In this document: one piece after another, positions 28,454 through 37,886 of the stretch
How the letters are laid out: each line of letters begins with the position of its first letter
Position numbering within the stretch: position 1 is the first letter of the stretch
Source: Pseudomonadota bacterium
GTDB taxonomy: Bacteria > Pseudomonadota > Alphaproteobacteria > Sphingomonadales > CAKZYD01
Length of the DNA stretch: 64,000 nucleotides
NCBI GenBank assembly: GCA_039814715.1
Contig: JBCCAR010000016.1
Span: 12,030-76,029 of the forward strand
Reading direction: 5' to 3'
Notes under the pieces: model-generated
Database searches by the model: none
The model's input: only the letters and a program-made list of their open reading frames with translations
What the model was told of the DNA's origin: nothing
Program-made: the position numbers and the translations under genes

Positions 28454-29356
28454 CTAGCGCTTCCCGGTCGCCAAAACCAATCCTACAATCCCCGCAGTGA
28501 CGAGGCATACGCCAAGCAGGTCTCTTAAAGTAATGCGCTCTTTGAAGAAGAACACAGAGGCGCCGAGCATGAAAAGTATCTCTACCTGGCCCACGGCGCG
28601 CACATGGGCTGCGTTTTCAAGGGTAAACGCTGCAAACCAAGCAAGCGAACCAATCATGCCTGCGGCCCCGACAAGTGCGCCAGCGCGCCAATGTTTAAAC
28701 AGCAATGTTGTCTGGCCTCGCTCTTTCAGCGTCAGCAAGGCCAAAATGACGAGCGATTGAAACACTGTCACGAAGGCTAACGTAAAACTTGCGCGCAAAA
28801 GGACGTTGCCTTGCTCGAGCGAGAGTGAAGCCCCGCGATAGGCGACGGCAGACAATCCAAAAAATGCCCCTGACGCAATTCCAATCAGCGCGGTTTTGTC
28901 AAACCAGCCGCCACCTTTGAGCCTGTCCTTTGGGAGTGACATCAACACAACACCAATAAGGCTCACGAAAATAGCGATACCGATGTGCAATGACAGCGCA
29001 TCGCCAAGAATGACGATGCCAAAGACTGCCGTTTGGATCGGCTCAGTCTTCGTGAAGACGGTCGCTGCTGTAAAGTTTTGGTAGCTGAAGAGGTGGATCA
29101 ACAAGCCTGTGGCAATGATTTGCGCTAGGCCGCCAACCAGAGCGTATGCTGTGAATGAAAGAGTAACGCCTGGCCGGCCGGCGCCTTGCGCTAAGAGCAC
29201 GATGGCAGCCAGTGCTATCGCCAAGGGCGCTGCGAAAATAAAGCGCGCGCCGGTGGCGCCCCACGTGCTGAGAACGCCTTTTAGGTTTTTCTGAAGGGCT
29301 GAGCGCAGGTTCTGACTAAAGGCTGCGAGTATGGTTATTGCTATCCAAGGTTCCAT
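28454..29356 (-). CDS. EamA/DMT-superfamily transporter
   Basis: 300 aa with about 10 TM segments in two repeated halves. Confidence 0.7.
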   Translation of the reverse strand: MEPWIAITILAAFSQNLRSALQKNLKGVLSTWGATGARFIFAAPLAIALAAIVLLAQGAGRPGVTLSFTAYALVGGLAQIIATGLLIHLFSYQNFTAATVFTKTEPIQTAVFGIVILGDALSLHIGIAIFVSLIGVVLMSLPKDRLKGGGWFDKTALIGIASGAFFGLSAVAYRGASLSLEQGNVLLRASFTLAFVTVFQSLVILALLTLKERGQTTLLFKHWRAGALVGAAGMIGSLAWFAAFTLENAAHVRAVGQVEILFMLGASVFFFKERITLRDLLGVCLVTAGIVGLVLATGKR

Positions 29357-29472
29357 CGGGCCCGCTTACAGCACTTTGCAGCATTTGAGCACCAGCAAAG
29401 TCTGCCGCGCTGCAGCATAAGTAATTGGCGCCAAATGCTTGCCAGCTGCGCAGCCGGTACTAGGTCACTGCC

Positions 29473-30081
29473 ATGAGCGCGCACACAGTTCCGATGTTCT
29501 ACGATGATTTGACAGCCTCTTATGGTGAGGCATGGCGGCTTTTGGTACGCGGCGTCAATGATCGCCGGTCTGCGTTTCACACCCCGGCTGTTGCGACCGT
29601 CGACCCTGCAGGATACCCGAAAGTGCGTACGGTCGTGCTGCGCGGGGCAGACCCATCGGATGGGTCCTTGCGGTTTCACACAGATAAGCGCGCAAGCAAG
29701 GTCACAGACATTGCAGGCCAGCCCAAAGTGTCCCTGCATTTCTATGAGAAGAAGGCAAAGATACAGCTGCGCCTCTCGGGCTTTGCCACCTGCCATGTGG
29801 ATGGGCCGGTGAAAGAAGCGGCCTGGGCCGCCTCGCAGGACATGAGCCGGGAGTGCTACCGCGTTGACCGCGGCCCTGGGTCCATTGTGTCGGCAGCAAA
29901 TGAGTGGTCCATTCCCCACGATGTTGATGACCCGGACATGGGGAAAGATAATTTCGTGGCGGTGTCCATCGCAGTCCAAAGCATCGAATGGCTATATCTT
30001 GCCCGCGGTGGGCATCGCCGGGCGCGCTTTCATGTTGGCCCGCAGGGCACTTTAGCGCAGGGCGAATGGCTTGTGCCTTAA
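29473..30081 (+). CDS. Pyridoxamine 5'-phosphate oxidase-family FMN-binding protein
   Basis: 202 aa. 'PKVRTVVLRG...LRFHTDKRASKV' resembles the PNPOx-like split-barrel. Confidence 0.55.
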   Translation: MSAHTVPMFYDDLTASYGEAWRLLVRGVNDRRSAFHTPAVATVDPAGYPKVRTVVLRGADPSDGSLRFHTDKRASKVTDIAGQPKVSLHFYEKKAKIQLRLSGFATCHVDGPVKEAAWAASQDMSRECYRVDRGPGSIVSAANEWSIPHDVDDPDMGKDNFVAVSIAVQSIEWLYLARGGHRRARFHVGPQGTLAQGEWLVP

Positions 30082-30139
30082 AGCGGCAAGGCTATATCTT
30101 ATAGCCTAACCGCGTTTCACAACCGCAAAGAGCCTCATC

Positions 30140-30679
30140 ATGTCTGACCTGCAAACTGTTATTGTCGCCAGTGGCTGCTTTTGGTGCACGGAGGCTGTCT
30201 TCCTGCCGCTTAAAGGCGTCTCTAGCGTTGAATCGGGCTACATCGGCGGCAGTGTGGATAATCCAAGTTATGACGCTGTGTGCACAGGGCGTACAGGCCA
30301 TGCTGAAGGCGTGCGCATTACCTTTGATCCAGACGTCATTGCGCTCAGCCAGTTGCTGGATATCTTTTTTGCAACACATGACCCAACCCAGCTTAACCGC
30401 CAAGGCAATGATGTGGGCACGCAATATCGCAGCGCCCTCTTCCCGCTTGACGATGCGCAGCGCGATGAAGCCACGGCCGCTATTGCCCGCGCAAATGAAT
30501 TATGGAACGGCAAAGTGGTGACCACCATTGAACCAGCGTCCAGGTTTTACGTCGCCGAAGCCTATCACCAAGACTATTTTGCGCGCAATCCGGGCAACCC
30601 CTATTGCGCTGCTATTGTTGCGCCGAAGGTTTCAAAAGCACGCCAGGCCTATGGCGCCCTTATGAAAGACAGCGCCTGA
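30140..30679 (+). CDS. msrA: Peptide methionine (S)-sulfoxide reductase
   Basis: The active site '[10 protein letters not shown]' is present, plus '[12 protein letters not shown]'. Confidence 0.9.
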   Translation: MSDLQTVIVASGCFWCTEAVFLPLKGVSSVESGYIGGSVDNPSYDAVCTGRTGHAEGVRITFDPDVIALSQLLDIFFATHDPTQLNRQGNDVGTQYRSALFPLDDAQRDEATAAIARANELWNGKVVTTIEPASRFYVAEAYHQDYFARNPGNPYCAAIVAPKVSKARQAYGALMKDSA

Positions 30680-30686
30680 GGCGCCG

Positions 30687-31514
30687 CTAGTCTTTGGCGG
30701 CAAGCTCACGCAGCCAGATGCGCGGGTCTTTGCCCTGATCGGGTCCAACAACCGTATAGCCGCCATCGACCAGAATTTCTGTTCCCGTCATAAAGCTCGC
30801 ACCGCTTGAGCAGGCGAAGGCAACGGCCTGCGCAACTTCTTCGCCGCGGCCAATGCGCCCGCTTGGGTGAAAGGTTGCGCCGATGCGGTCGGCGGTGTCG
30901 ATGTCGCCTGTTGCTTTTTCAATGGACGGCGACCAAGTCCAGGCCGGAATCACTGCAAGAACGCGGATATTGTCCTTCGCTAAGGTCACGGCTTCATTTT
31001 TTGTGGACACAAGAATGGCGGCTTTGGATGCTGGATAGAGGAGCGAGCCTGCGCGCCCAGATTTCGCAGAGGTGGAAGAGAGATTAATAATAACGCCGCC
31101 GCCAGCCGCCTTAAGGTGCGGGGCGACCTTCGCGACGAAAATGGCGCCGGAAATCAAATTGACATTGACCGAGTTGAGCCAGTCTTCGCGGGTGGCCTCT
31201 AGCCCAGGGTCTGGATAAAAGCATGCATTGTTAATGTGAAAATTGATGTCGCCAAAGGCATCGAGTGCGCGCGCTATGCAAGCGTCAATCTGATCATCCT
31301 GCGTGACATCCAGTTTCTGGAAGATGGCGCGGTCGCCAAGATCATCCGCGATGGCTTGGCCTTCTTGCGCGCTGCGCCCTGTCACCACAACATTAGCGCC
31401 GTAACCATGCAGCACCCGAGCGATGTCTTGGCCAATGCCGCCTGTTGAGCCAGTGACAATGGCTGTTTTTCCGGAAAAGTCGAATTGGATGTCTGGAAAC
31501 TGCATGGATGTCAT
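30687..31514 (-). CDS. Short-chain dehydrogenase/reductase (SDR)
   Basis: ATG 31514 follows GAGGAG. 'TGSTGGIGQ' is present, with 'YPASKAA' (YxxxK). Confidence 0.8.
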   Translation of the reverse strand: MTSMQFPDIQFDFSGKTAIVTGSTGGIGQDIARVLHGYGANVVVTGRSAQEGQAIADDLGDRAIFQKLDVTQDDQIDACIARALDAFGDINFHINNACFYPDPGLEATREDWLNSVNVNLISGAIFVAKVAPHLKAAGGGVIINLSSTSAKSGRAGSLLYPASKAAILVSTKNEAVTLAKDNIRVLAVIPAWTWSPSIEKATGDIDTADRIGATFHPSGRIGRGEEVAQAVAFACSSGASFMTGTEILVDGGYTVVGPDQGKDPRIWLRELAAKD

Positions 31515-31825
31515 GGCGTCACTCCTCTCGCTATTCAAAAAATAGTTTAAGCTTAAAGCATCTTAGCCGCAAGGGGCGCTGTGGTTTTCAGGTAACATTT
31601 CCGCCGCCCAAGTCTATTCGCTGCGCTGTGCTGATAGGGATGCCGCGATAAAATGTGCAATTTAGCCACATGGTTAGAGCGAATATCTGCCGACGTGGCA
31701 CAAGGGGCTTGACGCTGCGACAAAAATTACTTCAAACTTGAACTAATTTGGTTTGGGATGTCCCGGGGAAGGGTGTCAAAGCCGATTTTAATGCAACACT
31801 TGGTCGTTCATTCAGGGGGAACGCT

Positions 31826-34504
31826 ATGCCTAAATTGTCTCTTCACGCCCGTGGTTTTAAAGCCGCTATTTTGTCGAGCGTCGCTGCCACGCTTGCGCTG
31901 CCAGCAAGCACGTCGCTTGCGCAAGATGCAGCCAGCAGCGTCTTTGCAGAAGAAATTATCGTTGAGGCCCGCAAGCGGCCAGAGACTGCCCAGGATGTGC
32001 CAATTGCCATCTCCGCCTTCTCAGCCAAAAGCCTAGATGCGCGCGGGATCGTCCAAACAGATCAAATTGCCAATTTCACGCCCAACCTGACGTTTCAAAA
32101 CAACCCGGGCTTTGGCGGCGGCACCAACGTGTCCGCCATTTATATCCGCGGCGTTGGCCAGTTTGACTTCCTAGGCTCTATCGAGCCAGGTGTTGGCCTC
32201 TATGTGGACGGCGTCTATCTCGCGCGCTCCGTTGGCGGCATCATGGATTTAGTGGATATCGAACAGCTCTCCGTCCTGCGCGGCCCGCAAGGCACTTTGT
32301 TTGGCCGCAACACCATCGGCGGTGCCATTGACATTAAAACGGTTAAGCCGTCCGATGAATTTGGCGGTAATGCTTCCATTCTTTATGGCGATGATGAACG
32401 CATTGAATTCCGCGCGTCTGCCAATGTTCCCGTGACCGATGAATTGTTTGTTCGCATCTCTGGCGCCTATCTGCAACGTGATGGCTATGTGGAGCGCATC
32501 AACGGCAATGGCGACAACGGTACTGACCTTGGCAATAAGGACTCTGTGATTGGCCGCATTCAGGTCCGCTGGGAGCCGACCGAACGGTTCACCGCCGATT
32601 TTTCAATCGATGCGACGCGAGATGAGTCAAATGGTGCTCCTTATGTGATTCGTGGTGCGCGCGATAGCTCGGTCGCCTGGAACCCAAATCGCCGCCCCAT
32701 CGCGCCGCCAGCTGGTGCATCACCTTTTCAGCTTCTCAATGGCGGAACGCCGGTCACCTTTGACCCACTCACCGGTAATCCAACTGGTTTTGATGGGGTC
32801 TTGACGCCAGAATCGCTGGCCTTCGCGCCACCGTTCATCACGGCCGATACGGTGCTACACCAAATCAATCTCAATCAATTCGACGCTCCATTGAACGCCC
32901 CGGTGGATAACTTCAATGTTGTCCATAACTTCTTGGAAGCATATGGCCCGGGTGGAACACCGGGTGTGTGTATGTCAGCGCCGTTCGAGCCTTATTTCGC
33001 AAGTTCAAACAATGCGGCCAATTGCTATGGTTCGCAGTATTTTGAAGGAACGATTGGTGAGAACCGCAATGCCAGCGGCGATCCAAGCGGGTCTGAATCA
33101 ACCATCTGGGGCGCGTCTCTTGATTTGAACTACGACTTTGACAGCTTCTCGGTGCGGTCCATTACGGCTTATCGCAGCATCGATTCAGAGTTCTCTTTGG
33201 ATCAGGACGGGACGCCGCTACCGATTGCATTTTTGGTTGATGACTTCCAGCAAGAGCAGATCAGCCAGGAACTTCAAGTCAAAGGCACCTCCTTTGACGA
33301 TCGCTTCAACTGGATTTTAGGCGGCTTTTACTTCAAGGAAGATGTCGATAACCGCAATGATGTGTTCTTCCGCCCTGCAACGGTGCGCTCAGGCGGCGTC
33401 ATCGAGAACAAGTCACTCGCTTTGTTTGGGCAGGGGACTTTCGATGTGACCGAGAAACTGTCGATCACGGCTGGTATACGCTGGACCAAGGATGACAAGA
33501 CCTTTGACTCCGGCCCTTATCAGTTCATTCTTGAATCCTTCGTAGGGCCTGGATTTGCAGGCGGATTTGACAGCTGCCCGGGCGCGCAAACGGTCGATGA
33601 TTGCCCGACTTTCACACCTCCGCCGGAAGGCGCGCCGCCCATACCCGACGCTAATCCGGCGAATGGTCCGCTGTCGATCTTTGAGACGCGGATTTCAGAG
33701 CAGAACGCGCGCGAAGTGAATTTCTACGCGAACGTAGCTTATGATTTTACGGACGACATTCTCGGCTATTTCACATTTTCTCAGGGCTTTAAGTCAGGTG
33801 GCTTTACCCAGCGGGTCTTCCCTCCGCAGGCGCAAATCCCAAATGTAGATCCTGAGACGGTCGACTCCTTTGAGGTCGGCGCGAAGTCTGTTTTGTTTGA
33901 TGGCCTGTTGCGGCTCAATGTGGCGGCTTTTTATAACAACTACGACAACATTCAAATCCAAGGCTTTACTGTCGCAACAGGTGTTGCTCCGATTTACATT
34001 AACGTCGGATCAGGCGCGACGATCAAGGGCTTTGAAGTTGAGCACGCTTGGTTCTTGCCCGATGGGTGGTTTGTTGAAGGCGGGGTCGGCTATACCGATG
34101 CTTCTTACAAAGAGGATGGTTTCCCATCTCAGGCGCTTGTGGGTATTACGCCCGACAGTGAATTCGAACGTGTGTCCAAATGGGTTGTGAGTGCGGCCAT
34201 TCAGAAATCAATTGATATGGGCAACGCGGGTACGCTGACCCCGCGGGTCGACTGGGCCTATCGCTCTAAATTCTTCAATGATGCCTCAAATGTGGAAGAG
34301 ATTGCGCAGCCCGGCTATTCAATCTTCAACACGACTGTCCAATGGGCAGATGAGAACGATAAATACAGCTTCCTATTCGGCGTGAATAACATCTTTGAAA
34401 AAGAGTATATTCACTCGGCCATCTGGAATAACAGCCAGCCGAGCTTTAACGTGATCCCCAACCGGGGCCGTGAGTGGTATGCTCGCCTTGGCATCAACTT
34501 TTAG
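31826..34504 (+). CDS. TonB-dependent outer-membrane receptor
   Basis: ATG 31826 follows AGGGGGA. It has a signal peptide, a plug region ('IIVEARKRPETAQDVPIAISAF', 'RGPQGTLFGRNTIGG') and a C-terminal 'YARLGINF' ending in Phe. Confidence 0.85.
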   Translation: MPKLSLHARGFKAAILSSVAATLALPASTSLAQDAASSVFAEEIIVEARKRPETAQDVPIAISAFSAKSLDARGIVQTDQIANFTPNLTFQNNPGFGGGTNVSAIYIRGVGQFDFLGSIEPGVGLYVDGVYLARSVGGIMDLVDIEQLSVLRGPQGTLFGRNTIGGAIDIKTVKPSDEFGGNASILYGDDERIEFRASANVPVTDELFVRISGAYLQRDGYVERINGNGDNGTDLGNKDSVIGRIQVRWEPTERFTADFSIDATRDESNGAPYVIRGARDSSVAWNPNRRPIAPPAGASPFQLLNGGTPVTFDPLTGNPTGFDGVLTPESLAFAPPFITADTVLHQINLNQFDAPLNAPVDNFNVVHNFLEAYGPGGTPGVCMSAPFEPYFASSNNAANCYGSQYFEGTIGENRNASGDPSGSESTIWGASLDLNYDFDSFSVRSITAYRSIDSEFSLDQDGTPLPIAFLVDDFQQEQISQELQVKGTSFDDRFNWILGGFYFKEDVDNRNDVFFRPATVRSGGVIENKSLALFGQGTFDVTEKLSITAGIRWTKDDKTFDSGPYQFILESFVGPGFAGGFDSCPGAQTVDDCPTFTPPPEGAPPIPDANPANGPLSIFETRISEQNAREVNFYANVAYDFTDDILGYFTFSQGFKSGGFTQRVFPPQAQIPNVDPETVDSFEVGAKSVLFDGLLRLNVAAFYNNYDNIQIQGFTVATGVAPIYINVGSGATIKGFEVEHAWFLPDGWFVEGGVGYTDASYKEDGFPSQALVGITPDSEFERVSKWVVSAAIQKSIDMGNAGTLTPRVDWAYRSKFFNDASNVEEIAQPGYSIFNTTVQWADENDKYSFLFGVNNIFEKEYIHSAIWNNSQPSFNVIPNRGREWYARLGINF

Positions 34505-34530
34505 AGCGCAAGCCGGACATAGATTTGAAG

Positions 34531-34562
34531 AACCCTGGGCTTAACCGCCCAGGGTTTTTTCG
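34531..34562 (+). terminator. Rho-independent terminator after the TonB-dependent receptor gene
   Basis: aaccctggg / cccagggtt 9-bp stem with an 8-nt loop, followed by TTTTTT. Confidence 0.75.
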
Positions 34563-34597
34563 TTTTCCCGCAGTGTTCTGACGGCCTAGTCTAGCGG

Positions 34598-35827
34598 ATG
34601 GTCAGTTTTCTCGTTGCAAATGCCCGGTGGATTTTAGGCGGATTCGCGCTCACCTATTTTTCTAGCTTTGGGCAGACGTTCTTTATTGCCGGTTCCGCAG
34701 CTGATTGGCAGGTCCAGCTCGGTCTAAGCTATGGCGGGTTCGGCCAGCTCTATATGATCGCCACCTTCGCCAGTGCTTTAAGTTTACCGACCGTTGGAAA
34801 GCTGGTGGACGTGGTCAGCGAGCGCACTGCCATTTTTATCAGTGTGCCCATTTTGGCTGCGGCAATGGTCCTGGTCTCCCAGGCCAACACAGTTTTGCTG
34901 CTCGGCGTTTCCATTTATCTCCTGCGCTTGTTCGGCCAAGGCATGATGACCCATATGGCGCTGACTGCGACAGGGCGCTGGTTTGCAGCTCAGCGCGGAT
35001 GGGCCATGTCCCTGGTTGTGCTGGGCCATCAAGGCGGCGAGGCAAGCCTGCCGCTGCTGGCGGCGCTCATCACCATCGCTTACGGGTTTGAAGCCAGTTG
35101 GCTTTTCGGGGCCGGTGCTTTGATGCTGATTGCTTTGCCCTTGGCTGGCTGGGCTTATGCCAAGCCGCGCGTGCCGCGCCAGGCAGCAAACGCAGTGCGA
35201 GACGCTGCTGACGCCGGTGATGACATGCGCCAGTGGCGCCGCAAAGAGGTGCTGCGCGATCCTGTCTTTTGGCTCTTGCTCACAGGTCTCCTAGCGCCAG
35301 CCTTCATTGGCACGACCATCTTCTTCCACCAAGACTATTTGACCGCGCTGCGCGGCTGGCCGCCCCAGCTTTTTGCCACGTCCATGGGCGTGATGGCCGC
35401 TACGACGATCGCCTGCGCGCTCATTTGCGGGGCGTTGATTGATCGCTTTAGCGCCCGCGCGATTTTGCCTTTTTTTCTCTTTCCCTTGGCGGCCTCGTGC
35501 TTCATTGCAGCCATGCTGGGCGGGTCCGTTTGGCTGTTTGTATTTATGGTTCTGCTGGGTGTTAGCTATGGGTTTTCCTCCACGCTTTTCGGTGCACTCT
35601 GGCCAGAGATTTATGGCACCCGCTATCTTGGCGAAGTGCGCGCAGGCATCGTGTCGGCTATGGTTGTTGCCACAGCGATCGGTCCTGGCCTCACAGGCAC
35701 CTTGATTGATTATGGCATTGCTTTGCCGCAGCAGCTTTTGGGCATGGGCGCCTATTGTGTGGCCGCTGCCGGTCTATTGTGGCTTGCATCGACAAAGCTG
35801 AAAATGCGCGAAGAAACACAAGCTTAA
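34598..35827 (+). CDS. MFS transporter
   Basis: 409 aa with about 12 TM segments and the loop motif 'GKLVDVVSER'. Confidence 0.75.
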   Translation: MVSFLVANARWILGGFALTYFSSFGQTFFIAGSAADWQVQLGLSYGGFGQLYMIATFASALSLPTVGKLVDVVSERTAIFISVPILAAAMVLVSQANTVLLLGVSIYLLRLFGQGMMTHMALTATGRWFAAQRGWAMSLVVLGHQGGEASLPLLAALITIAYGFEASWLFGAGALMLIALPLAGWAYAKPRVPRQAANAVRDAADAGDDMRQWRRKEVLRDPVFWLLLTGLLAPAFIGTTIFFHQDYLTALRGWPPQLFATSMGVMAATTIACALICGALIDRFSARAILPFFLFPLAASCFIAAMLGGSVWLFVFMVLLGVSYGFSSTLFGALWPEIYGTRYLGEVRAGIVSAMVVATAIGPGLTGTLIDYGIALPQQLLGMGAYCVAAAGLLWLASTKLKMREETQA

Positions 35828-35830
35828 GGG

Positions 35831-35880
35831 GTGTTCACGCCGTTATCACAGCGGTTTCACGGTGGCTAAATCGTGTTCAC
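35831..35880. promoter_or_regulatory. Array of direct repeats GTkwTCAC with 11-bp phasing (putative regulator binding array)
   Basis: gtgttcac (35831), gttatcac (35842), ggtttcac (35853) and gtgttcac (35873). The spacings are 11, 11 and 20 nt. The array lies in the MFS/DoxX-like intergenic region. Confidence 0.3.
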
Positions 35881-35996
35881 TGGGCCGTGAGGTGGGCTTG
35901 GCTTCATAGTCTTTCTCGCATAGCTACACCCCCAAGCCGCGCTGCTGGCATGGGGCTAGCCAGTGCATACTGAGAAAAGCCAAAAAGGGGCCTATC

Positions 35997-36464
35997 ATGA
36001 CCAAATCACGAATTCTCGACATTGTCCTCACCGTCTTTGTTTCCTTTGTCTTCATTCAATCCTTGTTTTTTAAGTTCGCTGGCGCGCCTGAGACGGTGCA
36101 CATCTTCTCCACGCTTGATGCTTGGGCCGCGAGTGCGTTTGGCCTTGAAGGCTTGTTCAATCCTGGCGGTATCTTTTCCGCCAAAGTGGTTGGGTCAGCT
36201 GAATTGGTCGCCTCTGCCGCGTTGCTGGCTGGCTTGTTCCTGAAGAAGCAAATTTTGCAGCTTGGCGGTGCGTTGCTTGGCCTGGGCGTAATCTCTGGCG
36301 CCATTATATTCCATCTGTTTACACCGCTTGGTGTGGTGGTTGAAAATGCGGCCCTGGGCGTGGAAAGCGATGGTGGCACTTTGTTTGCCATGGCCGTGGC
36401 CGTCTTCATCAGCTGCGCGGTGATGGCATTTCGCAAAAAATCAGCCTTGCCGTTTGGCGCATAA
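35997..36464 (+). CDS. DoxX-like small membrane protein
   Basis: 155 aa with 4 hydrophobic segments. The family assignment is tentative. Confidence 0.45.
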   Translation: MTKSRILDIVLTVFVSFVFIQSLFFKFAGAPETVHIFSTLDAWAASAFGLEGLFNPGGIFSAKVVGSAELVASAALLAGLFLKKQILQLGGALLGLGVISGAIIFHLFTPLGVVVENAALGVESDGGTLFAMAVAVFISCAVMAFRKKSALPFGA

Positions 36465-36481
36465 GACAATAGCTGAGGGCC

Positions 36482-37456
36482 ATGACAGAGCCCTTAGCCC
36501 TTGTTGACGCGCTTTTATCTGGCCAGCGCCGCGCGCTGGCCAAAGCTATTACACTGGCTGAGAGTGCGCGCAGTGACGACCGGATCGCCGCGCAGGAGCT
36601 GCTCAGCGCCGTCTTGCCGCACACAGGCAATGCCCGCCGCATTGGCTTATCGGGCTCGCCCGGGGTCGGCAAATCCACCTTCATTGAGGCCTTTGGCAGC
36701 TACCTGATTGATCAAGGGCGCAAAGTTGCGGTGCTGGCCGTTGATCCTTCTTCCACACGCACAGGCGGTTCTATTTTAGGCGATAAGACGCGCATGGAGC
36801 GCTTGTCGCGCGATTCCATGGCGTTCGTGCGCCCGTCTCCCTCAGGCGGTTCCCTGGGCGGCGTTGCCCGGCGTACGCGTGAAGCCATGCTGCTGTGCGA
36901 AGCGGCCGGCTATGATGATATCCTCATTGAAACGGTCGGCGTTGGCCAATCTGAAACTGCGGTCGCGGACATGGTCGACATGTTCTGCTTGTTGCTATCG
37001 CCTGCCGGAGGCGATGAACTCCAAGGCATTAAACGCGGCATTATGGAGCTGGCTGATCTGGTGATCGTGAATAAGGCCGATGGCGATATGCACATCGCCG
37101 CCAAGCGCGCGCAGGGGGAATACCGCGCCGCGCTCCATCTCATGCGCGCCAAATTTGAAGGCTGGACGCCGCGCGTCGTGCTGGCCTCGGCCTTGCAACG
37201 TAAAGGCCTGGACGGGTTTGATGGCCAGATCAACGGTTTTTATGAGCATATGAGCGCTATTGGCGGACTTGAAAGCCTGCGCAAAGACCAAGCCGAGGCA
37301 TGGATGTGGTCTGAAATCCATGATTCGCTAACAGACGGGTTTCGTGCCCATGACGATGTCGCGCAGCGTTTGGCGCAGGTGCGAGAACAGGTGCGCAGCG
37401 GCACGCTTCCGGCCGCGCAGGGCGCCCGCCAGCTGCTTGAGGCGTTTGGGCTGTGA
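36482..37456 (+). CDS. meaB: Methylmalonyl-CoA mutase-associated GTPase (ArgK/MeaB)
   Basis: P-loop 'GSPGVGKST', 'ETVGVGQSE' and 'VNKADG' (NKxD) are present. Confidence 0.85.
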   Translation: MTEPLALVDALLSGQRRALAKAITLAESARSDDRIAAQELLSAVLPHTGNARRIGLSGSPGVGKSTFIEAFGSYLIDQGRKVAVLAVDPSSTRTGGSILGDKTRMERLSRDSMAFVRPSPSGGSLGGVARRTREAMLLCEAAGYDDILIETVGVGQSETAVADMVDMFCLLLSPAGGDELQGIKRGIMELADLVIVNKADGDMHIAAKRAQGEYRAALHLMRAKFEGWTPRVVLASALQRKGLDGFDGQINGFYEHMSAIGGLESLRKDQAEAWMWSEIHDSLTDGFRAHDDVAQRLAQVREQVRSGTLPAAQGARQLLEAFGL

Positions 37457-37462
37457 GGTGAC

Positions 37463-37491
37463 TTGACCCGTCCTTGCAATTCGCCTATATG
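37463..37491 (+). promoter_or_regulatory. Sigma-70-like promoter candidate for rpmB
   Basis: TTGACC (37463-37468), a 17-nt spacer, then TATATG (37486-37491), about 90 nt upstream of the rpmB ATG. Confidence 0.35.
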
Positions 37492-37583
37492 CGCGCATTG
37501 CAACTGGGCGCCCCGATTGATGCGTGGACGCAATGGCCTTGCACAGCCTGGGCCACACAAACAAAGAATAAGGACGTAAGACG

Positions 37584-37880
37584 ATGGCACGTGTGTGCGA
37601 ACTCTCTGGCAAGCGCCCCATGGTTGGCAACAATGTAAGCCACGCAAAGAACCGTACGCGCCGCCGCTTTTTGCCGAATTTGGTCAAGGCGAGCTTGATG
37701 AGCGAATCGCTTGGAAAGTCTTTCAAGTTCCGCTTGGCTGCCTCCACATTACGCACGGTTGAGCATCGCGGGGGTTTGGATATGTATTTGGCCAAAGCAA
37801 AGAGCGATGAGCTGTCTATTAAAGCACGCCGCATCAAGCGCGATATTACAAAAGCAAGCGCTTCGAAGGCCGCTGCTTAG
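37584..37880 (+). CDS. rpmB: 50S ribosomal protein L28
   Basis: MARVCELSGKRPMVGNNVSHAKNRTRRRFLPNL is a canonical L28 N-terminus. Confidence 0.95.
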   Translation: MARVCELSGKRPMVGNNVSHAKNRTRRRFLPNLVKASLMSESLGKSFKFRLAASTLRTVEHRGGLDMYLAKAKSDELSIKARRIKRDITKASASKAAA

Positions 37881-37886
37881 ATTGCT

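Noticed and set aside
30088-30110. Small perfect palindrome aggctata-tct-tatagcct between the PNPOx-like gene and msrA, and an 11-nt direct repeat ggctatatctt with 29990-30000
   Set aside because: The stem is short and AT-rich with no T-run, so it is not a convincing terminator. The 11-nt repeat has one copy within coding sequence, which is likely coincidental.
31539-31825. Looked for a cobalamin riboswitch upstream of the TonB-dependent receptor, given the B12-dependent enzymes in the window
   Set aside because: I could not find a B12-box-like core (GCCACTG-type) or the expected paired elements by eye. An Rfam/Infernal scan would be needed to exclude it formally. The receptor substrate remains unknown.
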